This document shows positions 52,770 to 61,957 of a stretch of 64,000 bases of DNA, piece after piece. The stretch is from Mycobacteriales bacterium (lineage in GTDB: Bacteria; Actinomycetota; Actinomycetes; JAFAQI01). The notes under the pieces are model-generated. The model worked only from the letters and a program-made list of their open reading frames with translations. It made no database searches and was not told the DNA's origin. Positions within the stretch are counted from its first letter, which is position 1, and every line of letters starts with the position of its first letter. The stretch covers positions 10,077 to 74,076 of the forward strand of contig DASSKP010000048.1 in assembly GCA_035690365.1 (NCBI GenBank), read 5' to 3'. Position numbers and translations under genes: made by a program.

Positions 52770-53921
52770 TCAGGTGAAGGCGGAGACGCCGGTCAGGGCG
52801 CGACCGATCAGCAGCTTCTGCACCTGCGACGTGCCTTCGTAGAGAGTCGTCACGCGGGCGTCGCGGAGCAGCTTGCCGACGACGAACTCGTCGACGTAGC
52901 CGTATCCGCCGTGCACCTGCACGGCATTGTTGGCGGCGCGCACGCAGACCTCCGAGGCGTAGTACTTCGCCTGCGAGGCCGCGAGCGTGTACTTCTCGCC
53001 GCGAGCCTTGAGGTCGGCGACCCGCCAGGTCATCAGCCGGGCTGCCTCGAGCTCGGTCGCGCTGTCCGCGATGAGCTCCTGCACGAGCTGGAATCCGGCG
53101 ATGGGCCGGCCGAACTGCTCTCGCTGTTTCGCGTACGACGTCATCGCATCCACAGCCGCCTGGGCCAAGCCGGTGCACGAGGCTGCGAGCGACATCCGGC
53201 CGTCGTCGAGGGCGGACAGGGCAACCTTGATGCCGTCGCCTTCCTGCCCGAGCAGCGCCGACGCGGGCACGACGACGTCGTCGAGAGCGATCTCGGCGGT
53301 GTCACACGAACGCAGGCCGAGCTTGCCGTGGATCGGCTTCGGGTTGAAGCCAGGCGTGTCACACGGCACCAGAAAGGCGGACACGCCGCGCGCGCCCTCG
53401 CCGCCGGTGCGTGCCATGACGAGAGCCACGCCGGCGATGTCGCCGTTGGTGATGAAGATCTTCGAGCCGTTGATGCGGTAGCTGTCGCCCTCGCGCACCG
53501 CCGTGGACTCGAGAGCGGCCGGGTCGGAGCCGTGGTCGGGCTCGGTCAGGCAGAAGCAGCCAAGCACCTCGCCGGTCGCCATCTTCGGCAGCCACTGCTG
53601 CTTCTGCTCCTCGGTGCCCCAGCGGTTGATCGACCCGCCGACGAGGCCCAGGTGGACCGACAGCAGTGAGCGGACGTTGGCGTCCCCACGGCCGAGCTCT
53701 TCGATGACCAGGCAGTAGGTGAGCGGATCGGCGCCACCGCCGCCGTACTCCTCCGGAATGGTCAGGCCGACCCAGCCGTCGCGCTTCAGCCCGTCGAGCG
53801 CCTCCTGCGGGAAACGCTCCTCGCGGTCGTTGCGGATGGCGCTCGGGACGACGACCGAGTCAACCCACTCGGCGACAGTGCGCCGGGTGGCCTCCTGCTC
53901 AGGAGTGAGTGCCAGATCCAT
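52770..53921 (-). CDS. Acyl-CoA dehydrogenase
   Basis: ATG 53919-53921 preceded by GGAGGG. MDLALTPEQEATR... start, and a C-terminal ...QVHGGYGYVDEF...RDARVTTLYEGTSQVQ motif with the catalytic Glu. Confidence 0.88.
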   Translation of the reverse strand: MDLALTPEQEATRRTVAEWVDSVVVPSAIRNDREERFPQEALDGLKRDGWVGLTIPEEYGGGGADPLTYCLVIEELGRGDANVRSLLSVHLGLVGGSINRWGTEEQKQQWLPKMATGEVLGCFCLTEPDHGSDPAALESTAVREGDSYRINGSKIFITNGDIAGVALVMARTGGEGARGVSAFLVPCDTPGFNPKPIHGKLGLRSCDTAEIALDDVVVPASALLGQEGDGIKVALSALDDGRMSLAASCTGLAQAAVDAMTSYAKQREQFGRPIAGFQLVQELIADSATELEAARLMTWRVADLKARGEKYTLAASQAKYYASEVCVRAANNAVQVHGGYGYVDEFVVGKLLRDARVTTLYEGTSQVQKLLIGRALTGVSAFT

Positions 53922-54681
53922 CGGAGCCCTCCGAGAGCGCGCGTATGCGGGACAGCTGAGCCTGCCGTTCGGCCAACAGCTGTTCAGGATACGAACGCCC
54001 TCGGGCACCGAGCAGAAGCGCCTTGGTCATCGACACCGCGCCATGCGGCGCGGCCGAGATGGCGGCGACCAGATCGTCGACGGTCGCGGTCAGCTCCGCA
54101 GCCGGCACGACGGCGTTGACGAGCCCCATCTCCAATGCTTCACGGGCGCCGACGCGACGCCCCGTGGTGCAGATCTCCACCGCCCGGCCGTAGCCGACGA
54201 GATCGACGAGCACCTGCGTGCCGCCAAGGTCCGGCACGAGACCGAGCTGGGTCTCCGCCATGGTGAACTGCGCGTCCTCGGCGGCGATGCGGATGTCGCA
54301 GGCGAGGGCGAGCTGGAAGCCGGCGCCCACCGCGTGACCCTGCACAGCGGCAACGCTGATGAACTCCGGTCGGCGCAGCCACGTGAACCCGGCCTGGTAG
54401 CTCGCGATGAGGTCGAGGAAACCTGAGTCACCCTGCGAGAGCTGACCGGGCAACGTCCCGAACATCGAGCGGTCGAGGCCGGCGCTGAACGAAGACCCCT
54501 CGCCCGCGACGACGACTGCTCGCGTCTCGCTCGGCAGCGCCTCCGCGATGGCCGACAGCCGCAGCCACATGTCGGGTGTCTGTGCATTGCGCTTTTCCGG
54601 TCGCGCAAGCGTCACTCGCGCGACCGGTGGACCGGCGTCGAAGCGGACGCCGGCGTCTTCCGCCGGCAGGCTGTCGGTCAG
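53899..54681 (-). CDS. Enoyl-CoA hydratase/isomerase family protein (start probably CTG 54679-54681; first canonical start is GTG 54613-54615)
   Basis: GEGSSFSAGLD oxyanion-hole motif. The conserved N-terminal strand ...VRFDAGPPVARVTLARPEKRNA extends in frame upstream of the first ATG/GTG/TTG. CTG overlaps the stop of the HTH gene (CTGA). Confidence 0.7.
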   Translation of the reverse strand: MTDSLPAEDAGVRFDAGPPVARVTLARPEKRNAQTPDMWLRLSAIAEALPSETRAVVVAGEGSSFSAGLDRSMFGTLPGQLSQGDSGFLDLIASYQAGFTWLRRPEFISVAAVQGHAVGAGFQLALACDIRIAAEDAQFTMAETQLGLVPDLGGTQVLVDLVGYGRAVEICTTGRRVGAREALEMGLVNAVVPAAELTATVDDLVAAISAAPHGAVSMTKALLLGARGRSYPEQLLAERQAQLSRIRALSEGSDGSGTHS

Positions 54682-54905
54682 GCCGACTTCCGAGCCGCCG
54701 CAGCGCGGCCGCGTGTCGCGCCGCCGCGACCGCGCAACCCCGCACCCGACTCGCTGAGGATGCGATGGACGAACCCGTACGAACGACCGGTCGCAGAGGC
54801 CAGGGCGCGGATGCTCTCCCCCTGGTCATATTTCCGGCGCAGATCGACCGCCAGCCGATCGCGCTCCGAGCCGGTCACCCGGCTGCCCTTCTTCAGCTCC
54901 GCCAC
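54678..54905 (-). CDS. Small helix-turn-helix protein (75 aa)
   Basis: GTG 54903-54905 lies 9 nt after GGAGG (GTG 54935 is the alternative). ...RKYDQGESIRALASATGRSYGFVHRILSESG... is a clear HTH. Confidence 0.6.
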   Translation of the reverse strand: MAELKKGSRVTGSERDRLAVDLRRKYDQGESIRALASATGRSYGFVHRILSESGAGLRGRGGATRGRAAAARKSA

Positions 54906-55068
54906 TCCTGGCACCTCCGTCTCAAGCGCCCACACTTCAGAGTCCCCCGTGAACAGAGTTCGTCTCGGGGCGAAAAAGCCCCCTCCCCATGAGGATGGCT
55001 ATCCCGCGTCGATCCGAAACCTCCCGCGATGCGACTCTCTTACCAATTTTCACCGTTTCGCGGGAAGG

Positions 55069-55377
55069 CTATCGGGACAGCTCGCTCACTGTCATGAACG
55101 ACCCCGGCGGGGCGATCTGCATGAAGTCCTTGCCCGCCTCGCGACCTGCGTCGGAGCCGAGTGCGGCGTTCAGCGCGTCGTTGTCGGCGAAGTAGAGCTC
55201 CGTGATCAGGTGGTACGGCGACTGCGAGCCGCCAGGTCCACCGAGAACCTTCGCCACCTCCACCCGCTCGACGCCTGGCCAGCGCTCGACGATGGGCATG
55301 TGCACCTCGTCGTAGTGCTTGTCGAAGGTGTCGGGCGCATCGGGCGTGCCGTAGACAATCGTGAGCTTCAGCGTCAT
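55069..55377 (-). CDS. EthD-domain protein
   Basis: 102 aa. MTLKLTIVYGTPDAPDTFDKHYDEVHMPIV... matches the EthD/dimeric alpha-beta barrel pattern. Confidence 0.65.
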   Translation of the reverse strand: MTLKLTIVYGTPDAPDTFDKHYDEVHMPIVERWPGVERVEVAKVLGGPGGSQSPYHLITELYFADNDALNAALGSDAGREAGKDFMQIAPPGSFMTVSELSR

Positions 55378-55437
55378 GCGCAGAACCTAGACCTTGCTGA
55401 TCTATCGCATGCTGACAGGTGGCAGCGCAGTCGACAG

Positions 55438-55980
55438 CTATTGCGGCGCGTCTTCGCCGACCAACCCGTCGATGGACTCGCGGATGAGGTCGGCATGGCC
55501 GGTGTGGCGGGCATACTCCTCGATCAGATCGACCAGCATCCGGCGGAGGTTGGGCGTCTCGGACCAGTCCGACACGGCGAGCAGACGGTCGAGGCCGCCG
55601 TTGGCGAGCGCCTCCGCAACGGCAGCCTCGGAACGCGCCACTGCCGCGTGCCACAGTGCCCGCAACTCTTCGGGTGAGTCGTCAGCGGCCGAGGTCCACT
55701 CCCAGTCATCGTCGTCGGCCATCGGGGCCCAGACGTCCGGGTAGTCCCGGCCCAACAACTGGTGGGTGAAGTAGTGATCTTCGACAAGCGCCAGGTGCTT
55801 CAGCAGTCCGCCCAAAGTCAATGTCGACGGGGCGAGAGCTTGTCGCATGTCGTCGGCGTTCAGCCCGCCCGTCTTCCACGCAAAGGTGCGTCGATTGCGT
55901 TGCAGCGCGCCAAGCAGCGCGTCGAGCTCCGCGGGCGCGGCGGGGAGAGGACGAGAAGGCAAACCGTCCGGATCGCTCAC
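55438..55980 (-). CDS. DinB-family (DUF664-like) four-helix-bundle protein
   Basis: 180 aa. ...LLKHLALVEDHYF... and C-terminal ...EEYARHTGHADLIRESIDG, the typical DinB/DUF664 metal-binding His pattern. Confidence 0.65.
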   Translation of the reverse strand: MSDPDGLPSRPLPAAPAELDALLGALQRNRRTFAWKTGGLNADDMRQALAPSTLTLGGLLKHLALVEDHYFTHQLLGRDYPDVWAPMADDDDWEWTSAADDSPEELRALWHAAVARSEAAVAEALANGGLDRLLAVSDWSETPNLRRMLVDLIEEYARHTGHADLIRESIDGLVGEDAPQ

Positions 55981-56016
55981 AGCGAAGAGGATGCCATGCA
56001 GGGCATCGAAAAGTGG

Positions 56017-57609
56017 CTACGCGAGCGACACCAGGTCAGCGAGCTCGGCGCTCCAGTGATCCTCGACACCGTCGGGCAGCAGCAGCACGCGCTCGGGCTG
56101 CAGGGCCTCGACAGCGCCCTCGTCGTGCGTCACGAGGACGATCGCCCCGAGGTACGAACGCAGGGCGCCGAGCACCTGCTCCCGGCTCGCCGGGTCGAGG
56201 TTGTTGGTCGGCTCGTCGAGGAGCAGCACGTTGGCACTCGACACGACCAGGCGAGCGAGCGCGAGCCGCGTCTTCTCGCCGCCGGACAGCGTTCCCGCAG
56301 GTTGCTCCACGGTGTCGCCGGAGAAGTTGAACGACCCGAGCACCTTGCGCTGCTCGACCTGCGGAAGGTGCGGCGCGACGGCGGCGAGGTTGTCGAGCAC
56401 GCTCGCGTCGGGATCCAACGTCTCGTGCTCCTGCGCGTAGTAGCCGAGCCGCAGCCCGTGTCCCGCGTCGACCGTGCCCGTGTCCGCCGGCTCGATGCCA
56501 CCGAGGATCCGCAACAGCGTGGTCTTGCCGGCACCGTTCAGTCCGAGCACGACGACACGGCTGCCACGGTCGATCGCGAGGTCCACGTCCGTGAACACCT
56601 CGAGGCTGCCGTAGGACTTGGACAGGCCTGTCGCGGTGAGTGGCACGCGGCCGCACGGCGCCGGCTCGGGGAACCGGATGCGAGCCACCCGATCGGATCG
56701 GCGCTCCTCCTCGAGCCCCGCCAGCAGGCGTTCGGCTCGGCGCGCCATGTTCTGTGCGGCGACGGCCTTCGTCGCCTTCGCCCGCATCCGGTCGGCTTGC
56801 TGCATGAGCGCAGCTGCCTTCTTCTCGGCGTTGGCACGTTCACGATGCCGACGCCGCTCGTCGACCTCCCGCTGTTGCAGGTAGGCCTTCCACCCGACGT
56901 TGTAGAGGTCGAGCACTGCGCGCGTTGCATCGAGGTGGAACACCTTGTTGACCACGTGGTCGAGCAGGTCGACGTCGTGACTGATGACGATGAGACCGCC
57001 CGAGTAGGAGCGCAGGAAGTCGCGCAGCCACGTGATCGAGTCGGCATCGAGATGGTTGGTCGGCTCGTCGAGCAGCAGCGTCCGCGCGTCGGAGAACAGG
57101 ATGCGCGCGAGCTCGACCCGGCGGCGCTGACCGCCGGACAGCGTGCGAAGCGGCTGGTCGAGAACCCGCTCCGGTAGGCCGAGGTTGGAGCAGATCCGCT
57201 CCGCCTCGGCCTCCGCCGCGTAGCCGCCCAGAGCGGTGAAGCGCTCCTCGAGCCGGCCGTAGCGCCGCACGAGCCCGTCGTCGTGCGGCCGCTCCCCCAT
57301 CTCGACCTGTGTCTTCTCCATGTCACGGAGCAGCTGGTCGATCCCACGGGCGGACAGCACGCGGTCACGGGCGATCGTGTCGAGGTCTCCGGTGCGCGGG
57401 TCCTGCGGGAGGTAGCCGACCGTCGACGTCCGCTCGACGGTGCCCGCCGCGGGCGCACCCTCGCCGGCGAGCACGCGGCACAACGTCGTCTTGCCGGCGC
57501 CGTTGCGCCCGACGAGTCCGACGCGGTCGCCCGGACCGACGCGGAACGTCGCCCCTTCGATGAGTAGACGCGCGCCCGCGCGAAGTTCGAGACCGGCGAC
57601 GGTCAACAT
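56017..57609 (-). CDS. ABC-F family ATPase (tandem ABC domains, no TM domain)
   Basis: 530 aa with two Walker A motifs (GRNGAGKTT, GLNGAGKTT), two signatures (LSGGQRRR, LSGGEKTR) and a charged inter-domain linker. Confidence 0.88.
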   Translation of the reverse strand: MLTVAGLELRAGARLLIEGATFRVGPGDRVGLVGRNGAGKTTLCRVLAGEGAPAAGTVERTSTVGYLPQDPRTGDLDTIARDRVLSARGIDQLLRDMEKTQVEMGERPHDDGLVRRYGRLEERFTALGGYAAEAEAERICSNLGLPERVLDQPLRTLSGGQRRRVELARILFSDARTLLLDEPTNHLDADSITWLRDFLRSYSGGLIVISHDVDLLDHVVNKVFHLDATRAVLDLYNVGWKAYLQQREVDERRRHRERANAEKKAAALMQQADRMRAKATKAVAAQNMARRAERLLAGLEEERRSDRVARIRFPEPAPCGRVPLTATGLSKSYGSLEVFTDVDLAIDRGSRVVVLGLNGAGKTTLLRILGGIEPADTGTVDAGHGLRLGYYAQEHETLDPDASVLDNLAAVAPHLPQVEQRKVLGSFNFSGDTVEQPAGTLSGGEKTRLALARLVVSSANVLLLDEPTNNLDPASREQVLGALRSYLGAIVLVTHDEGAVEALQPERVLLLPDGVEDHWSAELADLVSLA

Positions 57610-57726
57610 GAGGGGCTCCTTGGCGACGTACGAGGGCAGGGCGACGAAGCCCGCGTGCCGACTCCGGCAGCGGGCGGCCTGCCACTCAGCTCGCCAACGT
57701 CACGCGCCCAGTCTACGCCGTGTTGG

Positions 57727-58182
57727 ATGACGGTCATGACGGACGACGACCGGCTCCACTCCGCGGTGCAGCGACTGCACGCGACCTACGCCGACGTGGT
57801 CACGAGGCGCGCGTGGGCGGAGCTCGACGTTTTGTTCGTGCCAGGTGCGCCCATCCGCGTCGACCCGGTCACGCGCCCGGCCGTCGACGTTGCCGGCGCC
57901 GCCGAGCTGGCGGCGTTCGTGTCGTCGGCGCTCGAGCGCTTCGCGTTCTTCGAGCTCGTTCCGCTCAACTCCGTCGCCCGTCTCGAAGGAGAAGGCACCG
58001 CCGCGGGCCGGCTCTGGATGGTCGAGCTGCGTCAGGACCGTGACGGCGGCGCATGGAGCGAGGCCTACGGCCGGTACGACGACCACTACGCCCTCGTCGA
58101 CGGGCAGTGGCGATATGCCGAGCGCAGCTATCGCAGTCTCGCCCGGCGAGCCGACCTGCCTCCGGCCGACGTCTTTCCCTAG
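57727..58182 (+). CDS. SnoaL/NTF2-like fold protein
   Basis: ATG 57727. 151 aa. The size and pattern (...YADVVTRRAW..., ...YGRYDDHYALVDGQWRYAERSY) resemble SnoaL_4/NTF2-like proteins; the call is weak. Confidence 0.5.
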   Translation: MTVMTDDDRLHSAVQRLHATYADVVTRRAWAELDVLFVPGAPIRVDPVTRPAVDVAGAAELAAFVSSALERFAFFELVPLNSVARLEGEGTAAGRLWMVELRQDRDGGAWSEAYGRYDDHYALVDGQWRYAERSYRSLARRADLPPADVFP

Positions 58183-58189
58183 GAGCAGG

Positions 58190-58621
58190 TCAGTGGTGCC
58201 CGGGCCCGGTCAGTGTCGGCAGCGGCAACGGACGGGACGACGAGCTCGACGGTGACGGACGCGGCGACGGTCGCGAGCTCGTGGTGGTCGGTGTCGGTGT
58301 CGGCGACGTGCGCGTCACACCCGCGGGAGTGGCAGTCGTGGGCGACGGCGTCGGCGACGTCGACCTCTGCTCGGTACGCGCTGCACGCGACTGCAACGGC
58401 CGGACGTGCGAGGCGGCGACGCTGTGCTGCGCGGTCGGCGACGGTGCGCCCGCGCCTTCCTGACGGAGGTGCGACGGGACGCTCAGAACGTGCAGAGTGA
58501 GCGCGCCGGCGACGATGAAGACCGCCGCGAGGCTGACCAGCGCAAGCGTCGTCGGCGAGAGCGGAAGTCGCTCACGCCACGGCGCGCTTTGCGCGTGCCG
58601 GGCCCGCTTTCCGTGCGCCAT
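58190..58621 (-). CDS. Membrane-anchored Pro/Ser/Thr-rich protein
   Basis: 143 aa with basic N-terminus, one TM helix (LALVSLAAVFIVAGALTL) and a P/S/T-rich tail. Third positions are almost all G/C. Confidence 0.5.
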   Translation of the reverse strand: MAHGKRARHAQSAPWRERLPLSPTTLALVSLAAVFIVAGALTLHVLSVPSHLRQEGAGAPSPTAQHSVAASHVRPLQSRAARTEQRSTSPTPSPTTATPAGVTRTSPTPTPTTTSSRPSPRPSPSSSSSRPLPLPTLTGPGHH

Positions 58622-58675
58622 GTGCTAATTGTCCCATCTGCCCTGCAACAAAGGGAAATCGACGCGATCGCGGGC

Positions 58676-59881
58676 TCAGGGCAGCAGCGTGGACGCAGCG
58701 TGGATGGCGAGGCCGGCGAGCGCGCCCACCACGGTGCCGTTGATGCGGATGAACTGCAGGTCTCGGCCGGCCAGCAGCTCGATCCGGCGCGCCGTCTCGA
58801 CACCGTCCCAACGCGCAACCTGATCGACGACGAGCGCAGTGAACTCGTCGGCGTAGTGGTCGACCGCATGGAAGACCGCGCGCTGGGCAAGCGCGTCGAG
58901 GCGAAGCCGCAGCAGCGGCTCGTCGAGCACGCGCTGCGCGTAGTGCACGACCGTGCCGGTGAGACGCCGGATCGCGACGGCCTCCGGGTCGGCAAGTGTG
59001 GACTGCAACGTTGCGGTGAGCCCGTCGATCACTTCCACGAGCCAGTCGCGCAGCGCGGGGTCGTTGAGGACGCGGAGCGCCTCTTCGTTGACCCGGGCTG
59101 CGAGGTCGTCATCGCTCTGCAGCTGCTTGGCAGTCGTGAGCAGGAACCGATCGAGCAGGCGGCGCAGAGGGTGATGACGATCGCGTGCGGCATCGCCGAC
59201 GGTGTCCATCAGCTCGCCGAGCATCCGGTCGACACGTTTCGTCGTCGCGAACAACCAGAGCAGCCGACTGGAGTCCTCGGCGAAGTTCTTCAGCTGCAGC
59301 ACCAGGTCCTGGCGGTTCTCGACCATCCAGGTGTGCGTGCTGCGCAGCGCGATGTCGGTGAGCGCCTGGTGCCCGTCGTCCTTGACGGTCGTCTCCAGCA
59401 GCCGGCCGAGCAGCGGCGCATAGCCGCGACGAGCAGCATCTGTGCGTGCGGTCGCGAGCAACAGCTCGGCGGCGGCGAGCGGCTCGACCGCCTGACTCAG
59501 CGACAGTGCGATGTCGGCCGCCTCAGCCCCCACCCGGTGGGCATTGGCCGGGTCGGCGAGCCAACCGGCCACCCGCCGTACGACGTCCGCGTCCGCCAGC
59601 CGCTCGCCGACGTTCTCTCGCGTGAGGAAGGTCTCGGTCATGAACGCGCCGAGGCTCTGCGCCAGCGCATCCTTGCGGCTCGGGATGAGGGCAGTGTGCG
59701 GGATCGCGAGACCGAGCGGCCGGCGGAAGAGCGCGGTGATGGCGAACCAGTCGGCGAGACCGCCGACCATCGCGGCCTCAGCGGCGGCGCGAACATAGCC
59801 CGTCCCCGCACCGTGAACGAAGAACGTGACGACGTAGAGCACCGCGGCAACCAGCAGGCAGGCGGTCGCGACCGTCTTCAT
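58676..59881 (-). CDS. DUF445-family membrane-associated protein
   Basis: ATG 59879-59881 (MKTVATACLLVAAVLYVV...). GGLADWFAITALFRRPLGLAIPHTALIPSRKD is the DUF445 signature as I remember it. The upstream part of ORF 58676..60109 overlaps sufT. Confidence 0.65.
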   Translation of the reverse strand: MKTVATACLLVAAVLYVVTFFVHGAGTGYVRAAAEAAMVGGLADWFAITALFRRPLGLAIPHTALIPSRKDALAQSLGAFMTETFLTRENVGERLADADVVRRVAGWLADPANAHRVGAEAADIALSLSQAVEPLAAAELLLATARTDAARRGYAPLLGRLLETTVKDDGHQALTDIALRSTHTWMVENRQDLVLQLKNFAEDSSRLLWLFATTKRVDRMLGELMDTVGDAARDRHHPLRRLLDRFLLTTAKQLQSDDDLAARVNEEALRVLNDPALRDWLVEVIDGLTATLQSTLADPEAVAIRRLTGTVVHYAQRVLDEPLLRLRLDALAQRAVFHAVDHYADEFTALVVDQVARWDGVETARRIELLAGRDLQFIRINGTVVGALAGLAIHAASTLLP

Positions 59882-59949
59882 TCGCCGCAGCCGCTGCAGG
59901 GCGAGCGGCGAGGAGAAGCCTGCCGGCAGCTCCGGTGCGACTGCGCCGG

Positions 59950-60276
59950 TCAGACGTTGAAGCCCAACGCGCGGAGCTGTTCGCGACCCTCGTCGGTGAT
60001 CTTGTCCGGGCCCCACGGCGGCATCCAGACCCAGTTGATCCGCACGCCGTTGGCGAGCCCATCGAGAGCGCTGTTGGCCTGGTCCTCGATCACATCGGTG
60101 AGCGGGCACGCTGCAGACGTCAACGTCATGTCGATGATGGCGGTGTTGTCGTCGTCGACGGACACGCCGTAGACGAGTCCGAGGTCGACGACGTTGATGC
60201 CGAGCTCCGGGTCGACGACGTCGCGCATCGCTTCGAGGACGTCCTCGTCCGACGGCTTGGTGGTCGTGTCGCTCAT
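59950..60276 (-). CDS. sufT: Fe-S cluster assembly factor SufT (DUF59/MIP18 family)
   Basis: ATG 60274-60276 overlaps the sufU stop (ATGA), with GGAGGAG upstream. ...VVDPELGINVVDLGLVY...MTLTSAACPL.... Confidence 0.8.
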   Translation of the reverse strand: MSDTTTKPSDEDVLEAMRDVVDPELGINVVDLGLVYGVSVDDDNTAIIDMTLTSAACPLTDVIEDQANSALDGLANGVRINWVWMPPWGPDKITDEGREQLRALGFNV

Positions 60277-60737
60277 GAGCTCTCTCCTCCGTCGGCGCCG
60301 ACCGCCTGGGCGGTCGCGTCCTTCCATGCCATCCATGCGAGCAACGCGCACTTCACCCGGGCCGGGTAGCGCGCCACACCGGCGAACGCGATCGCGTCCT
60401 CCAGCACATCCTCGTCCGGCTCGACCTGCCCGCGCGACTGCATGAGCTGCACGAACTCCTCGTGCAACGTCATCGCCTCGTCGATGGGCTTGCCGATGAC
60501 GAGATCGGTCATGACGCTGGCCGACGCCTGGCTGATCGAGCAGCCTTCGCTGTCGTAGGAGACGTCGGCGACGGTGCCCCCATCGAGGTGGACCCGCAGG
60601 GTGATCTCGTCACCGCAGGTCGGGTTGAGGTGGTGCACCTGCGCCTCGAACGGCTCCCGCAGGCCTTTGTGGTGCGGGTGCTTGTAGTGGTCGAGGATGA
60701 TCTCTTGGTACATCGACTCGAGCGCCGGACTGCTCAT
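60273..60737 (-). CDS. sufU: SUF-system zinc-type scaffold/sulfur acceptor SufU
   Basis: 154 aa from ATG 60735-60737 (ATGA overlap with sufS). NPTCGD, GCSIS and KCA cysteine motifs. Confidence 0.88.
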   Translation of the reverse strand: MSSPALESMYQEIILDHYKHPHHKGLREPFEAQVHHLNPTCGDEITLRVHLDGGTVADVSYDSEGCSISQASASVMTDLVIGKPIDEAMTLHEEFVQLMQSRGQVEPDEDVLEDAIAFAGVARYPARVKCALLAWMAWKDATAQAVGADGGESS

Positions 60738-61957
60738 CGCGCGAAGAACTCCTTCACCTTCTGCAGACCGCTCACCAACGCGTCGATGTCGTCGTTGGAG
60801 CTGTAGAGATGCACCGACGCCCGGGTGGTCGCCGGTACGCCGTAGCGCAGGCAGGCAGGCCGTGCGCAGTGGTGACCGACGCGCACGGCGACGCCGTCCT
60901 CGTCGAGCAGCTGGCCCACGTCGTGCGGGTGGATGCCGGGAAGGGCGAAGGAGATCGCGCCGCCGCGGTCCTCGGTCGTGGTGGGCCCGATGATGCGCAG
61001 CCCGTCGACCGCCCGGAGCGCCTCGAGCGCGTACGCCGTCACCTGCAGCTCGTGCTCGTGGACGGCGTCCATGCCGAGCTCGGTGAGGTAGTCGACCGCC
61101 GCGCCGAGGCCGACCGCCTGCGCGATCGGCGGCGTGCCCGCTTCGTACTTGTGCGGGAGTGCGGCATAGGTCGACCCGGCCATGGTGACCTCGTCGATCA
61201 TCTCGCCGCCGCCGAGGAACGGGGGCAGCTCCTCGAGGACGTCGCGACGACCCCACAGCACACCGATGCCGGTCGGGCCGCACATCTTGTGGCCGGTGAA
61301 AGCGACGGCGTCGGCCCCGAGCGCCTGCACGTCGATCGACGTGTGCGGCACCGACTGCGAGGCGTCGAGGACGGTGTAGGCGCCGACTGCCTTCGCACGC
61401 GCGACGATGACGTCCACGGGGTTGACCGTGCCGAGCAGGTTGCTCTGGTGGACGAAAGCGACGACCTTGGTGCGGTCGGTGATGACCCTGTCGAGGTCGG
61501 CGAGGTCGAGCCGGCCGTCGTCGGTGAGGCCGATCCACTTGAGCGTCGCACCCGTCCGGCCGGCGGCGAGCTGCCACGGCACGAGGTTGGAGTGGTGCTC
61601 CATCTCGGTGACGACGATCTCGTCTCCCGGCTTCAGCGGGAGGACGTAGGACATGAGGTTGAGAGCCTCGGAGGAGTTCTTCGTGAAGACGACCTCTGCG
61701 CGGTCCGCGGCGTTGATGAACGTCGCGACCTTGTCGCGAGCGCCTTCGTAGAGCGCGGTCGCCTCCTCGGCGAGAGTGTGGATGCCGCGGTGGACGTTGG
61801 CGTTGTGACGCTCGTAGTAGTCGCGCATCGCGTCGAGCACCTGCTGCGGCTTCTGGCTCGTCGCCGCGTTGTCCAAGTAGACAAGGGGCACGCCGGGGCG
61901 GACCTCCCGGTCGAGGATCGGGAAGTCCTTGCGGACCCTTTGGACGTCGTAGGTCAT
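60734..61957 (-). CDS. sufS: Cysteine desulfurase SufS
   Basis: 407 aa: class V aminotransferase, FTGHKMCGPTG PLP-lysine region, RVGHHCA catalytic Cys loop. Confidence 0.92.
   Translation of the reverse strand: MTYDVQRVRKDFPILDREVRPGVPLVYLDNAATSQKPQQVLDAMRDYYERHNANVHRGIHTLAEEATALYEGARDKVATFINAADRAEVVFTKNSSEALNLMSYVLPLKPGDEIVVTEMEHHSNLVPWQLAAGRTGATLKWIGLTDDGRLDLADLDRVITDRTKVVAFVHQSNLLGTVNPVDVIVARAKAVGAYTVLDASQSVPHTSIDVQALGADAVAFTGHKMCGPTGIGVLWGRRDVLEELPPFLGGGEMIDEVTMAGSTYAALPHKYEAGTPPIAQAVGLGAAVDYLTELGMDAVHEHELQVTAYALEALRAVDGLRIIGPTTTEDRGGAISFALPGIHPHDVGQLLDEDGVAVRVGHHCARPACLRYGVPATTRASVHLYSSNDDIDALVSGLQKVKEFFAR

Noticed and set aside
54428-54829. 133-aa minus-strand ORF overlapping the HTH/ECH junction
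   Set aside because: It is Arg/Ala-rich low complexity in a frame that overlaps two better-supported genes (HTH 54678..54905 and the ECH N-terminus). No motif is present.
57655-57726. Longer N-terminus for the SnoaL-like protein
   Set aside because: The upstream 24 codons are low complexity and overlap the ABC-F promoter region. ATG 57727 gives a product of typical NTF2-like size. The start remains uncertain.
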